DNA of 64,000 nt from Macrostomum lignano. Lineage: Eukaryota. Positions 1 to 12,720 of the stretch are shown piece after piece. The notes under the pieces were generated by a model that was not told the origin of the DNA, ran no database searches, and saw only the letters and a list, made by a program, of their open reading frames with translations. The translations under genes and the position numbers were made by a program. Each line of letters starts with the position of its first letter. Position 1 is the first letter of the stretch. The DNA lies in contig NIVC01001024.1 of NCBI GenBank assembly GCA_002269645.1, positions 248,001 to 312,000 on the forward strand. The letters are read 5' to 3'.

Positions 1-2525
1 TGCCATTGTCGCCCTGCGAGGCCAGTTGACGCCCGGGTTTTTGAACGAGCATCAGGGATTGGCGGCTAAGGTGAGTCGATCTGATCCTGCTCATAGTTTT
101 AATGTCACAGCACTCTTTTTTTATTAGAGGCAGGGGGTTGTGTGCACCCTGGCGCACTTTAAGCGACATTGTCTCACAACCGGCGAGAGGCGTTACTGCG
201 CCCATTCCGCCGACTCCCCTGAGTAGGCAGTGTAGGCACACAAGCGCGCGGATACGTACGCAGGCACACACTCACACAGGAGTGTACAGCGGCCCTAACT
301 TTATTTTATCGTTAGGCATGTACACTTCACTGCGCCTTGGGGGGTTGGCTCTCAAGGCCGTTAATTGCACGAGCAGAGCCAAGCCGAGATTCAAATTCAG
401 CCCCAAATTAATGTGACTGCACTTGGAATCGAGCCTGGGCCGCTGGCACACCAGAGCCTGCGCTAGACCGCTGGGCTACGGCCCCTCTTGTCACAGCACT
501 CTACAAACTTTATAAAAGTCAATCTATCTGAAATTACAAGTCGTTTTCGTAAGCTTTCCCGGAGACGTCAATGACAGATTTGTACTTTTACATTACACCA
601 ACTTTCAGCCGGTGTAATGTAAAAGTACATATCTGCCATCGACGTTTAGCGTTGTTCAGCATTTGTATCGTTGACCTATTCGTATCTGCAGTCATCTGTG
701 TCGCTGTTTCCAAGAGTTTCTTTCTTTAAATTGGAATTCAATTAATTTAATGATGCATCCAATTCATCCTGCTTTTGAAAATTCTAATAATAGAGATGAC
801 TTTAAATATGACGTCGAAATCTAAACTTTACTGAATCTAAGATACATGCTTATTTGTACAGTGGAACGGTGCATTTGGGGTCAGTCAGAGTTGATAGTAA
901 CCGCATGGACAGATAGACCGAAGCGCACATTGCCAAGAAATGCTAATGCGTACACATGCGCACGCACTGTACAATGTCAAGAAACGTAAAACGTAGACGA
1001 ATGTTAAAACAGCTGGCGAGCACAGAGGTCGATACGAGGTCAATTCTAATGGATTCAATTAACTTCTGAGCGCTCGCACAAAAGAAAGCCGACAGATTTG
1101 GCGTTCCGAGTAAAAGGATGTTCAGGTGAATTCATTATACCTTAAAAGGCTTCTTGAATTATGCAGAGGCACTATCGGAACATACGTAGCTTACTTGAAG
1201 AGTGAAGCGAGCTACTATGGATATAATTTGATTTTTCGCACTGCTAACCAATCTCGTCAATTCCAGACTTTCAACTCTCAACTTTAATTAAAGTGCAATC
1301 AGAGATGCAGTCTCAAAAAGTTATGGTCCCCTGCACAAAACAATTCCTTCTGTAGTTGCGCTCGTAGAAACTCAGCGACACAGAGTGGATCTACGCAACA
1401 TTTCCACCGTTTCCGCAGGTAAACGAAGCGGCCGACGACACGTTCCAGATGCTCCGTCAAGAATTCGGCAGGAGCTTCCACGGCGGCGACCCCATCCACA
1501 ATACCTCTCTACTGCAGCAGCTCGAAAAGTTCGACCGATTCCTGTCGAAGTTCGAGCTGGCCTGGATATGCGACGGCACAAACCCGGATATTGTGGAGGC
1601 CCTGCTAGACATTCAAGCACTAAGTGAACTTTTTCTCCGAGCAGCGAGCTGGGCAGTGGAACAAAACTGCATAAACCCAGAAGATTTTGCGACATGCGAA
1701 CCGGAAATCATGACGACACTTCCTAGGCTGGCTGTCCTGCTGTACATCAGCGAGTCGACGGTTGATCAAGGATCCGGCAAGGTTCGAAAAGTCTTCCGCG
1801 AGCACCGGGAAGGCCTGGATGAAGCCAGGAAACTTCTGCACCGGCTGGAGCCGCACAAACGCAAAGAGGTGGCTCAACGGCTCTGCCTTAAGACTGACGC
1901 AAGCGATCCGGAAACCAACCGCTTATTCAGAGCCATAGCCAGCGCAGCCGACCAGCTGCAGACCAACCACCCGATCGAGTGCACGTACCTCATGTCCTAC
2001 GTGTGCTCAAAGTACAGCTCTGAGCCTCAAGCCGAGGGTGAGCAGGCTGCAGTGGCGGCCTCTTGCTTTAGCATCGAGCCGTCGGTGCTGTTGCCAGACT
2101 CCGCCTCTATTTCGTGCACTAGTGCGAACTGCGGAGTGGAATTCAGCCTGCTGCAGCACCGGCACCACTGCAGGTCCTGCGGTGACTCATTCTGCAGCCA
2201 CTGCACTACGCATAAGATGCCGCTACCGCTGCTGGGACACCACAGCCCCGTCCGGGTGTGCGAGCCGTGTCGCGACAAAGTGCTGGCCGCGATGCTGACT
2301 AAAGAGGCCCCCGAATGGGTCCCCGACTGTAGCTCGCCCCGTTGCTCGAACGGCGGCTGCAGGGTTGAGTTTACGCTGCTAAGACGACGGCACCACTGCA
2401 GAGCCTGCGGCGGTCTGTTCTGCCACAGCTGCTCCAGCTGGTCGGCCTCGCTGCCGCAGTTTGGCTACAACGAGGCCGTGAGGCTGTGCCAGTACTGCCA
2501 CTCCGTCCACGGCAATCTGCACTGA
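1..2525 (+). CDS. ZFYVE28: Lst2/ZFYVE28-like protein with two FYVE domains (copy 1; 5' end lies before the window). Exons: <1-70 and 1419-2525
   Basis: The exon fragment AIVALRGQLTPGFLNEHQGLAAK ends at AAG|GTGAGT (70/71). Acceptor TTTCCGCAG| at 1418 joins it in phase 0 to VNEAADDTFQMLRQ. Exon 2 matches recalled Lst2 blocks (FDxFxxxFEL, EPxxMxTxPRLA, RLFxxIxxxADQLQTN) and ends in two FYVE fingers (RHHCRxCG, RVC/RLC). The paralogous exon at 14488 supplies the Lst2 N-terminus. Confidence 0.85.
116..488 (-). mobile_element. tRNA-derived SINE family A, full length, in Lst2 intron 1
   Basis: On the minus strand: A-box TAGCCCAGCGG, B-box-like GGCTCGATTCC and an A-rich tail. A 13-bp TSD TGTCACAGCACTC lies at 103-115 and 489-501. 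The insert is absent from the paralogous intron near 14935. Confidence 0.9.
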
Positions 2526-2754
2526 GATTGCAGCTCTTTTCAATTCAGCCTAAAATGGTGCCTCAGCCTAAAATGGTGCCTAACTATTTGGCCAGCTGAG
2601 ATACGTCAAGCTGAACTCGTATTGCTATATGCAGAATCAAAATAAAACAATAAAGATGTACTTGTAATGTGTGTAAACAAAACGTTGGATTAAAGTTGCA
2701 TAGCCAAGGGCAGGTTTGGTGCCTCTCACTGGAGTTTTTGATACTCCTTTGAGG

Positions 2755-3112
2755 TAGCTTTGAACCCGTTAGAGGTAGCTTTGAACCTCTAAAGTAGCTT
2801 TGAACTCCTTTGAAGTACATGTAGCTTTGAACCCCTTTAAAGTAGCTTCGAACCCATTTGGGGTAGCTTTGGATCCCTTTGAAGTAGCTTTGAACCGCTT
2901 TGAACCCCTTTGAGGTAGCTCTGAACCCCTTTGATGTAGCTTTGAACCCGTTTGAGGTAGCTTTGAACCCATTTGAGGTAGCTTTGAACCCCTTTGAGGT
3001 AGCTTTTAACCCCTTTAAGGTAGCTTTGAACCCCTTTGAGGAAGCTCTGAACCCCTTTGATTTAGCTTTAAACCTCTTTAAAAATTTTGAAGTAGCTTTG
3101 AACCCCTTTAAA
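2755..3112. repeat. 21-bp minisatellite (CTTTGAACCCCTTTGAGGTAG)
   Basis: Tandem units are directly visible and explain the NPFEVAL pseudo-ORF. A shorter paralogous array lies at ~16245-16380. Confidence 0.9.
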
Positions 3113-3925
3113 GCAAGCCATGAACACGTGTGAACTTTTTAAAAGGAGTTTTGGCACCTCCAAAAATGAGCTGGCAACCCAAAACATGACAAGCAGTCAC
3201 TCCAAGAAAGATCCAGACTACGTTACTAATAAGCTGCTCCTGGTTATTAAAGTAAAGTAGAGTAAAAGTATTATCTAGCGGATCTATTCGCATCGTTTTA
3301 TGAACAAATTAATTACGCTTTTTATTTGTGAACAGATCAACAACAAAGACACAATAAACCACAGTTAAGCTATGAGTGTAAATGCACTAATAAAGCATCA
3401 CAAATGATGATTTCCCTTTAAGGCTATTTTTCTTTCAATGATATGCTCGAATTGCGTGTTGACAACCCATTTGCCTAGAATTAAAGACAGAAATCATGAC
3501 AGCCATAATTTAACATGCAAATGCGAATTAATAGCGTCGATAGACTCATCGACTCATCTTCGCAAATTAAAGAGATGCACGAACTGCGTTTATGACAGGG
3601 CTGCAAGATAGACAGAACTACAGCTGCAGTCTACTTGATTTATAAGCAGGTGCAAAGCATCCATGTAGAGCATTTGGGATGATTATATCTTTGAAATTCA
3701 TAGATGCCTAAGAAAACTAGTTCGCATTAGAACAGTAGTTTTAAAGTCATGTAGAGGTAGAAGGGGAAGTTTGAACTTGCATGAAGCTTTCAGAAATTTA
3801 CTCAGCAACATTTTAAAAAAGTCGCCAGCCTTCATCCAAGTGACCAGTGTCTTTTGACCATGCAGTGTCTATCAGCTGGTCAATCATTTTAATTTAGCTT
3901 TATGCAGCACATTTGGGCCTGCGCG

Positions 3926-4312
3926 AAGGGGGCCGTAGCCCAGCGGTCTAGCGCAGGCTCTGGTGTGCCAGCGACCCAGGCTCGATTCCAAGTGCAGTCA
4001 CATTAATTTGGGCCTGAATTGGAATCTCGGCTTGGCTCTGCTCGTGCAATTAACGGCCTTGAGAGCCAACCCCCCCCCCCCCCCCCCCCCAAGGCGCAGT
4101 AAAGTGTACATGCCTAACGATAATATAAAGTTAATAATAGGGCCGCTGTACACTCCTGTGTGAGTGTGTGCCTGCGTACGTATCCGCGCGCTTTTGTGTG
4201 CCTGCTCAGGGGAGTCGGCGGAATGGGCAGTAATGCCTCTCGCCGGCTGTGTGCCTATGTCGCTTAAAGTGCGCCAGGGTGCACACAACCCCCCTGCCTC
4301 TAATAAAAAAAA
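3926..4312 (+). mobile_element. tRNA-derived SINE family A, full length
   Basis: Nearly identical to 116-488 in the opposite orientation, ending TAATAAAAAAAA. A 12-bp TSD TGGGCCTGCGCG lies at 3914-3925 and 4313-4324. Confidence 0.9.
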
Positions 4313-4345
4313 TGGGCCTGCGCGCATTGAATTTAATCCAAGGTA

Positions 4346-4922
4346 CGTTTGCCAATGTAATGAAGCTTTTGTCTATGGTACCAAGGCTCTTGCCTTCTCG
4401 CAACCCACTTCGTGGGTTGTTGCGTACCGCTGGAATGTCAGCGTCTCTATCAACAATTTTCAGTCGCTTTTCCAGAGCTCTGCTGATAGTCCAAATCTGA
4501 TAACCTACTGGAACAGTTCCTTCAACTTCTGCTGCATTTTCTGCAACGTCAACAAAGGATTCGTCGCAAGTTGGACCTGAGGCTCTCGAGCACCTTGCCT
4601 TGGCGATTGCCACCCCTTCGCAGGAAATCTCTGCCGGCAGTGATTTTAACGCGCTGATGGATGCTGTAAACCATATTTTCTTTTACATTCAGCAACCTTG
4701 CAATGTCCTTTGGGTGTTCACCTCTGTCCAGTGCTTCGATCACAAGCCAAACGGCATTCGTTCGACTGCCTAGCATATGGTCCACAATTCTGGGGCTGAT
4801 CTTGCTCCTCCGCAGCAGTTGCAAATGAAGCTATGGACCAAATTGGTGCTTGTTGGATCAAATGAAATGCCGCTGTGCCAGCCTTGCTACCATAGACAAA
4901 AGCTCCGTTACTTTCGCAAACG
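4346..4922 (-). mobile_element. Non-autonomous Tc1/mariner (IS630-like) deletion derivative retaining the transposase N-terminal HTH
   Basis: ~43-bp imperfect TIRs (CGTTTGCSAAWGTAAYGRAGCTTTTGTCTATGGTASCAAGGCT) flanked by TA on both sides. The minus strand reads VIEALDRGEHPKDIARLLNVKENMVYSIHQR...RGGNR, then after a frameshift TISRALEKRL...PAVRNNP. Confidence 0.75.
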
Positions 4923-5443
4923 TATCTTAGATTAAAATTAAATTAAATGCGGATGAGAGCATGAGGAGAGCTTTTCAGGTCAGGTGATATAAAGGTCAAT
5001 AGCGCACACAGGAGGAAGGGGTGTGTCCGGTTGGGTTGGGAACTGATCCAGTTTTCAGTTCAAGGCCGAACAGTAAGAAATACTGTAAGACTATAGATTT
5101 CAAGCTGTGCTCAGGTCAATAGCAAGATGAGAAGGATCCGAGCAAACTGCAAGAAACTGGTTAATTTCCCAATTATTCAATTGGTCTAATTTCTGCAGAG
5201 CTTCTAAAGCCGCAGAGCAGCCTCGCTAAATCGATATTGAAGGAGCTTCTGAGAGCTGCCTAATCCACCTGGGTCCCGCTGCTCAAGAGGCCAGAGTATT
5301 AAATAGAAAAGTACAAATGGTTTCATTAGTAGCTTCCATTAGTTTTCAAATTTGTACGTCTGTAACAGGAAAACATGCCTACATGTGCTTTTATTTTTTA
5401 TCGATTTTAAAAGTTCAGAGTTTCGTGACTAACAGATGAACAA

Positions 5444-8150
5444 TCAGAATAGAACTCCTACATGTTCGTGTCTAAACAGGTGAATTACCTAAATAGAACT
5501 ACTAAATGATCGTGTCTAACAGGTGAATAACCTAAATAGAACTACTAAATGATCGTGTCTAACAGGTGAATTACCTAAATAGAACTCCTACATGTTCGTG
5601 TCTAAACAGGTGAATAACCTAAATAGAACTACTAAATGATCGTGTCTAACAGGTGAATAACCTAAATAGAACTACTAAATGATCGTGTCTAACAGGTGAA
5701 TAACCTAAATAGAACTACTAAATGATCGTGTCTAACAGGTGAATAACCTAAATAGAACTACTAAATGTTCGTGTCTAAACAGGTGAATAACCTAAATAGA
5801 ACTCCTAAATGATCGTGACTAACAGGTGAATAACCAAAATAGAACTCCTAAATGATCGTGTCTAACAGGTGAATAACCTAAATAGAACTACTAAATGATC
5901 GTGTCTAACAGGTGAATAACCTAAATAGAACTACTAAATGATCGTGTCTAACAGGTGAATAACCTAAATAGAACTACTAAATGATCGTGTCTAACAGGTG
6001 AATAACCTAAATAGAACTACTAAATGTTCGTGTCTAAACAGGTGAATAACCTAAATAGAACTACTAAATGTTCGTGTCTAACAGGTGAATTACCTAAATA
6101 GAACTACTAAATGATCGTGTCTAACAGGGTGAATTACCTAAATAGAACTCCTAAATGTTCGTGTCTAACAGGTAAATAACCTAAATAGAACTCCTAAATG
6201 ATCGTGTCTAACAGGTGAATAACCTAAATAGAACTCCTAAATGATCGTGTCTAACAGGTGAATAACCTAAATAGAACTACTAAATGTTCGTGTCTAAACA
6301 GGTGAATAACCTAAATAGAACTACTAAATGTTCGTGTCTAACAGGTGAATTACCTAAATAGAACTACTAAATGATCGTGTCTAACAGGGTGAATTACCTA
6401 AATAGAACTACTAAATGATCGTGTCTAACAGGTGAATAACCTAAATAGAACTCCTAAATGATCGTGTCTAACAGGTGAATAACCTAAATAGAACTCCTAA
6501 ATGTTCGTGTCTAAACAGGTGAATAACCAAAATAGAACTCCTAAATGATCGTGTCTAACAGGTGAATAACCAAAATAGAACTCCTAAATGATCGTGTCTA
6601 ACAGGTGAATAACCTAAATAGAACTACTAAATGATCGTGTCTAACAGGTGAATTACCTAAATAGAACTACTAAATGATCGTGTCTAACAGGTGAATAACC
6701 TAAATAGAACTACTAAATGATCGTGTCTAACAGGTGAATAACCTAAATAGAACTACTAAATGTTCGTGTCTAAACAGGTGAATAACCTAAATAGAACTAC
6801 TAAATGATCGTGTCTAACAGGTGAATAACCTAAATAGAACTACTAAATGATCGTGTCTAACAGGTGAATAACCAAAATAGAACTCCTAAATGATCGTGTC
6901 TAACAGGTGAATAACCTAAATAGAACTACTAAATGATCGTGTCTAACAGGTGAATTACCTAAATAGAACTACTAAATGATCGTGTCTAACAGGTGAATAA
7001 CCTAAATAGAACTACTAAATGATCGTGTCTAACAGGTGAATAACCTAAATAGAACTACTAAATGTTCGTGTCTAACAGGTGAATAACCTAAATAGAACTA
7101 CTAAATGATCGTGTCTAACAGGTGAATAACCTAAATAGAACTACTAAATGATCGTGTCTAACAGGTGAATAACCTAAATAGAACTCCTAAATGTTCGTGT
7201 CTAACAGGTAAATTACCTAAATAGAACTACTAAATGATCGTGTCTAACAGGTAAATTACCTAAATAGAACTCCTAAATGATCGTGTCTAACAGGTAAATT
7301 ACCTAAATAGAACTCCTAAATGATCGTGTCTAACAGGTAAATTACCTAAATAGAACTCCTAAATGATCGTGTCTAACAGGTAAATTACCTAAATAGAACT
7401 CCTAAATGATCGTGTCTAACAGGTGAATTACCTAAATAGAACTCCTAAATGATCGTGTCTAACAGGTGAATTACCTAAATAGAACTCCTAAATGATCGTG
7501 TCTAACAGGTGAATAACCTAAATAGAACTACTAAATGATCGTGTCTAACAGGTGAATTACCTAAATAGAACTCCTAAATGATCGTGTCTAACAGGTAAAT
7601 TACCTAAATAGAACTCCTAAATGTTCGTGTCTAACAGGTAAATTACCTAAATAGAACTCCTAAATGATCGTGTCTAACAGGTGAATTACCTAAATAGAAC
7701 TCCTAAATGATCGTGTCTAACAGGTGAATTACCTAAATAGAACTCCTAAATGATCGTGTCTAACAGGTGAATAACCTAAATAGAACTACTAAATGATCGT
7801 GTCTAACAGGTGAATAACCTAAATAGAACTCCTAAATGTTTGTGTCTAACAGGTAAATTACCTAAATAGAACTACTAAATGATCGTGTCTAACAGGTAAA
7901 TTACCTAAATAGAACTCCTAAATGATCGTGTCTAACAGGTAAATTACCTAAATAGAACTCCTAAATGATCGTGTCTAACAGGTAAATTACCTAAATAGAA
8001 CTACTAAATGATCGTGTCTAACAGGTAAATTACCTAAATAGAACTCCTAAATGATCGTGTCTAACAGGTGAATAACCTAAATAGAACTACTAAATGATCG
8101 TGTCTAACAGGTGAATAACCTAAATAGAACTACTAAATGATCCTCTCTAA
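5444..8150. repeat. 43-bp minisatellite, ~60 copies (AAATAGAACTACTAAATGATCGTGTCTAACAGGTGAATAACCT)
   Basis: The 43-bp period was measured directly (5881 to 5924). Units differ only by a few recurrent variants. Confidence 0.97.
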
Positions 8151-8856
8151 CATATCTTAACTCCGACGAGTCATCGGCCATGCAGAACAAAAAAAGTGGC
8201 TTGAACGAAAAAAATTGCTTTTTCGTTATTAAACTCAGAGCATAGATTAAATTCATATGACCAGTGTGGAGGTTACCATACTATATGAAATATTGTCACT
8301 TTCTAATCTCATTATCTATAATAGGACAGCTGCATAATTAAAAAGAGAAAAAGCCCAGACTAGAGACGAAATCGATAAAACTTTTAAAATAGCTTCATAG
8401 CTTCATTAATAAATTGCCATACTGCCTTTACTTGTACAATTCAAAGCAAAACTTACATAATTTAAGTAAATAAAAATTAAATTAGCCAAACACTAATGAC
8501 AACAGCCAAGCAGACGGACAAGGTTAAGGCGGCACCCGATACAGATAAACAAAAAGAAGAAAACTTACAGACAATAATTACGAGCATTTGAAATTGGTCG
8601 GCTAAAATAACAATTAAAACTACAACAATACAATAAGCTATATTAAGAAGTATTCAGTAAATAATATTGTCCATCACATTAGTTATAATTCAATTAAAAT
8701 ACTATAAATTTATTTTGTTGAAACAAAGTTGACCGCACATAAAATGTAAACAAAATCTAAACTTGAATACAGGCAACTTATATAGAAATGATTATTGGAT
8801 TTGGCAATAGCTTATCGAATCCTTTGATTCATTTAATCTGCATCTGCATCTTATAG

Positions 8857-9415
8857 GATCTGGGAGGCTGGCTCAGCAACTGAGGATCTGGGAGGCTGGC
8901 TCAGCAACTGAGGATCTGGGAGGCTGGCGGCCCAGCTACTGGGGATCTGGGAGGCTGGCCCAGCTACTGGGGATCTGGGAGGCTGGCTCAGCAACTGAGG
9001 ATCTGGGAGGCTGGCGGCCCAGCTACTGGGGATCTGGGAGGCTGGCCCAGCTACTGGGGATCTGGGAGGCTGGCCCAGCTACTGGGGATCTGGGAGGCTG
9101 GCCCAGCTACTGGGGATCTGGGAGGCTGGCCCAGCTCTGAGGATCTGGGAGGCTGGCCCAGCTACTGGGGATCTGGGAGGCTGGCCCAGCTACTGGGGAT
9201 CTGGGAGGCTGGTGGCTCGGCAACTAAGGATCTGGGAGGCTGGTGGCCCAGCAACTGGGAATCTGGGAGACTGGCCCCAGCAACTGAGGATCTGGGAGGC
9301 TAGCCCAGCAACTGGAGGATCTGGGAGGCTGACCCAGCACCTGAGGATCTGGGAGGCTGGCCCAGCACCTGAGGATCTGGGAGGCTGGGGAGGCCCAGCA
9401 ACTATAGGATCTGTG
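8857..9415. repeat. ~28-bp GC-rich minisatellite (GGATCTGGGAGGCTGGCCCAGCAACTGA) just downstream of the ERGIC2 copy 1 stop codon
   Basis: Tandem units are visible. Paralogous arrays lie at 18222-18915 and 20983-21570. Confidence 0.92.
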
Positions 9416-9455
9416 TAGTTAACAAGGCATCACAGAGAACGCAGCAGCGAGGTGC

Positions 9456-9956
9456 TCAAGACAAAGGTGACGCATATCTGATGCCAGCATCCGTCACCAC
9501 AGGCAGGTGGCTGGATCCCCTACCGGCCATGGCGCGGCACAGGCGGTCCCAGGCGGCATTCACCAGGTAGCAGAGCAGAGCTGAGCAGGCGAACACTCCC
9601 CCAGTGATGGCCGCCAGGTTAGTGAGGAAGCTGCTAAGCGGCAGGCCGGCGTCCTTGACAACCACCTGCAGCGGGCTGACTTCGTATTTGAAAAACAGGC
9701 CGGGCAATCCGTGGCTGCCCCTGCCGTGGTCGATGACTCTGTCCAGCTCCTGCACCGCGTACTGGAAGCTGCGAACTGTGGCGCCAGCCGCTGCGGACAG
9801 GCCGCGGCGGTGCAGCTCGGTGGGGACCACCTGCGGGTGGTTGGGAACGGCTGCTGCATCAGAAGTGGTGTACTTTGGCCTAGCAGAGAGGCTGTCCAAG
9901 TGCTTGTCTCTGTGATTGTCGCAGTGTCCGTCTGTTTGTCTGTCTGCCTGTCTGCA

Positions 9957-10001
<45 letters not shown>

Positions 10002-10054
10002 TAGTGTCTCTCTGTCTGGCTGTCTGTCTGTCTGTCTGTCTGTCTGGCTGTCTA

Positions 10055-10093
<39 letters not shown>

Positions 10094-10140
10094 GGCTGTC
10101 TATCTGTCTGTCTGTCTGTCTTAGTGTCTCTCTGTCTGGC

Positions 10141-10177
<37 letters not shown>

Positions 10178-12272
10178 GCCTGCCTGCACGTCTGTCTGCC
10201 TGCCTGTCTGTCTATCTATCTGAGTGTCCAGGCCCATGAACTAAAAGTCTCCATCTTAAATTCCACCCAAGTGCTGATCTTAACTGATAATATTAAGCGC
10301 CGACACGGGACCATAAAAAGCCAAACCCATAGTTAGCATAATAACCGGATTCCCCCAAATCGGCTCACCTGCACAAAGTACTGATAATTAGTGCTGGCAT
10401 GCTGGGTGACTTTCTCTTCGTAATCCAATGGATTAATGCGACCGGGCACATCCTCGCCGAAGCTCAGATGGTAGATTCGATGGGAGAAGTTCAACGCCGT
10501 GGCGTGACTGGCCTGTTAGAAACAGGGGGAGGGGGGATGACCCTCACTTCATGGAAATTGAACTTGCAGCGTCAGAAGCCTTGAAATAATTTTCGAATTG
10601 CTTGGTTTGCCCGTGGCAATGTAATTTCCTTTTAAAAGCCAAACTAGTCTAGACTAGTACGAGCTATCTTAATCATGATTGTATTAGAATGTGCTTTGCT
10701 AATTAAACTGAATTTCTCTTCAGGGATTTCGCAGCTTCCTAGATCTCCCAGAGAGGAAATGAAATTTAATTTGACAATCAATCAGCAAATGTAAAAAGAA
10801 GTTTAATCAAGTCTTTTTTCTACAGTGACTCACTACTACAAAGAAGGCTATTGAGTTTGACACCTAAATAGGAATCTTCTGCCCAGCTTGATCTATCAGA
10901 AATAATCAATATTGATACTCGTGCAAACCACAGAATCGCATGGCATGACAAAGATCTAAGATATTTATTTTAAACCTCAAATCATGCATCAGAACCCCAT
11001 AGCAACTGGGGATATTGATCTTAGTTTATCCCAGTTTATCCCCCAACAACAACTAGAAGTAAAAATTTCGTGTACTTATGAGTATTGCTTGAAAAGCGAC
11101 AGTATTGGCCCAGCAGGCTAAATAGAACACTCATCGATCCCCCAATACCTGGAAGTGGGCATGCGTGGCGCCAAAATTGACAGGCTTGCCGCCAGTCAGG
11201 TGCAAATTTCCTGCCACCTTGTTCACCCGGAAGCGGCCACGAAGCCGACAGGCTGAGGCGGCCTTCCGCTCGTTGGGACTCTGGAAGTGCTCGGAGCCAA
11301 GTACGTTCAGCCAGCCTACTACTACTACCACTTGTACTTTACTACTTATACTACTACTTGTAAAAGTAGTCTCAATAGCGAGCTAAGGAATCTAGCTAAC
11401 TTCCTGGGTCAATATTTCCCAGGGTCAATAAAAGATCAATATCCTTTAAACTAAGGGATCAATATTCCTGTAATCTAAGGGATTAATATCCTTGTAATCT
11501 ATGGGATTAATATCCCTGTAATCTAGGGGATCAATATCTATCTAATCAATGGGATCAATATCCTTTAACCTCAGGGATCAATATCCCTTTAATTTAAGGG
11601 ATCAATATCCCTGTAAACTAAGGGATTAATATCTCTGTAATCTAAGGGATTAATACCCCTGTAATCTATGGGATCAACATCCCTGTAATCTATGGGTTTA
11701 TATCCATTTACTCTATGGGATAAATATCCCTAAGCTACCGAATCTAGATAGCACCTGGAGCCATAGCGTCAAGGTAAAATCACCCCTACCTGCATATGCT
11801 GCCGAGTAGAGAATCGATTCCTTGATGACTCATCCAACTCAAAATCGGTAGGAATCTCTTCCAACTCAGAGGTACCATGCGTCTCAGTGCCAGTAATATC
11901 CAGCACATCCATGCCTATAGAGACGCAAGGCGAGGCAACCACCAAGTCAACATTGATGAGCATCTCTGCACTATGGTCAGGATCCACTCCGTAAGCAAAC
12001 TGCACTCTCCGCTCCATGTAATTATTAACTTCAACGCACACTAACAGAAACATGAGCAGGAATGTAACCAGGGTGATGCCAGCAGCCGAGGCGGTTCCAG
12101 AACTTCTACAATCTTCAGGAAGTTTAGTGAACACATCCAACTTGCGAACTGCTTTGACCATTTCCTCTGATACTGGCGATTTCGCAGCTGATTCGGGCGC
12201 ACTTGGCACATTTCGGTGCCTGAGTTCGGTGTCAGACTGAGCTGAATGACTGTTTATGCTAATGTTGCTCAT
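9456..12272 (-). pseudogene. ERGIC2: ERGIC2 (Erv41-like) copy 1 with damaged exon 2. Exons: 12272-11790, residual 11316-11149, 10512-10369, 9830-9456
   Basis: Same protein as copy 2, but the acceptor and first 54 nt of exon 2 are deleted and replaced by (CTA)n-type filler at 11317-11350. The other exons have intact GT-AG sites and reading frames. Skipping exon 2 would stay in frame, so pseudogene status is not certain. Confidence 0.75.
9928..10225. repeat. (TCTG)n microsatellite in ERGIC2 copy 1 intron 3
   Basis: Directly visible. The paralogous array is at 22088-22245. Confidence 0.95.
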
Positions 12273-12409
12273 TACTACTTTATTAGTTGGTAGCAGTAGT
12301 AAGTCAAGCTGTTTTTTGCTGAAAATGAAATTTCAATTATTTGTATTACTTTCAGTAGCCAGGTAGGTATGCAGCACAAAGGGGTCAGGATTATGTAGTG
12401 TAAATATGC

Positions 12410-12720
12410 CTATAGTACAACTGGACTCAACTGAAAGGACGAGGGTTCGATACTCAACACACTTGAAACAATTTGCACCCTTGAGCAAGACACTTAACTC
12501 TGTATTGCTTCAGTTCACCCAGCTGTAAATATCAAATTAATCTAATTATGGGTGCCAACATTTAGCTGGGGTAATTGAGGCTGTGTATGGGGATTGGTGA
12601 CTCCCTCAGTCCTTGGACCAAACTGCCATATGTAGCCTTGAGATGAGCCATGCAATAGCTGCAGCTAAAATGTTGGTGGCACATCTACCCATTAAGGCAA
12701 GTGTAATCAATTATTATTAT
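12410..12720 (+). mobile_element. tRNA-derived SINE family B with a Meta/CORE-type central domain (diverged)
   Basis: B-box GGGTTCGATACT is followed by CCTTGAGCAAGACACTTAACTCTG..CAGTTCACCCAGCTGTAAAT..GGGTGCC. Homologous to 41215-41453, with a remnant at ~26240-26380. Confidence 0.65.

Noticed and set aside
1314-2648. FYVE ORF as an intronless retrogene inserted into copy 1
   Set aside because: It has a phase-compatible acceptor and an upstream exon, no TSD or poly(A) tail, and copy 2 shows a deletion-type scar.
3926-4000. tRNA gene
   Set aside because: A and B boxes are present but there is no complete cloverleaf. The sequence continues into a SINE body with a tail and TSD.
5444-8150. Long regular array as a CRISPR
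   Set aside because: The units are contiguous with no unique spacers, there are no cas genes, and the context is a spliced eukaryotic genome.
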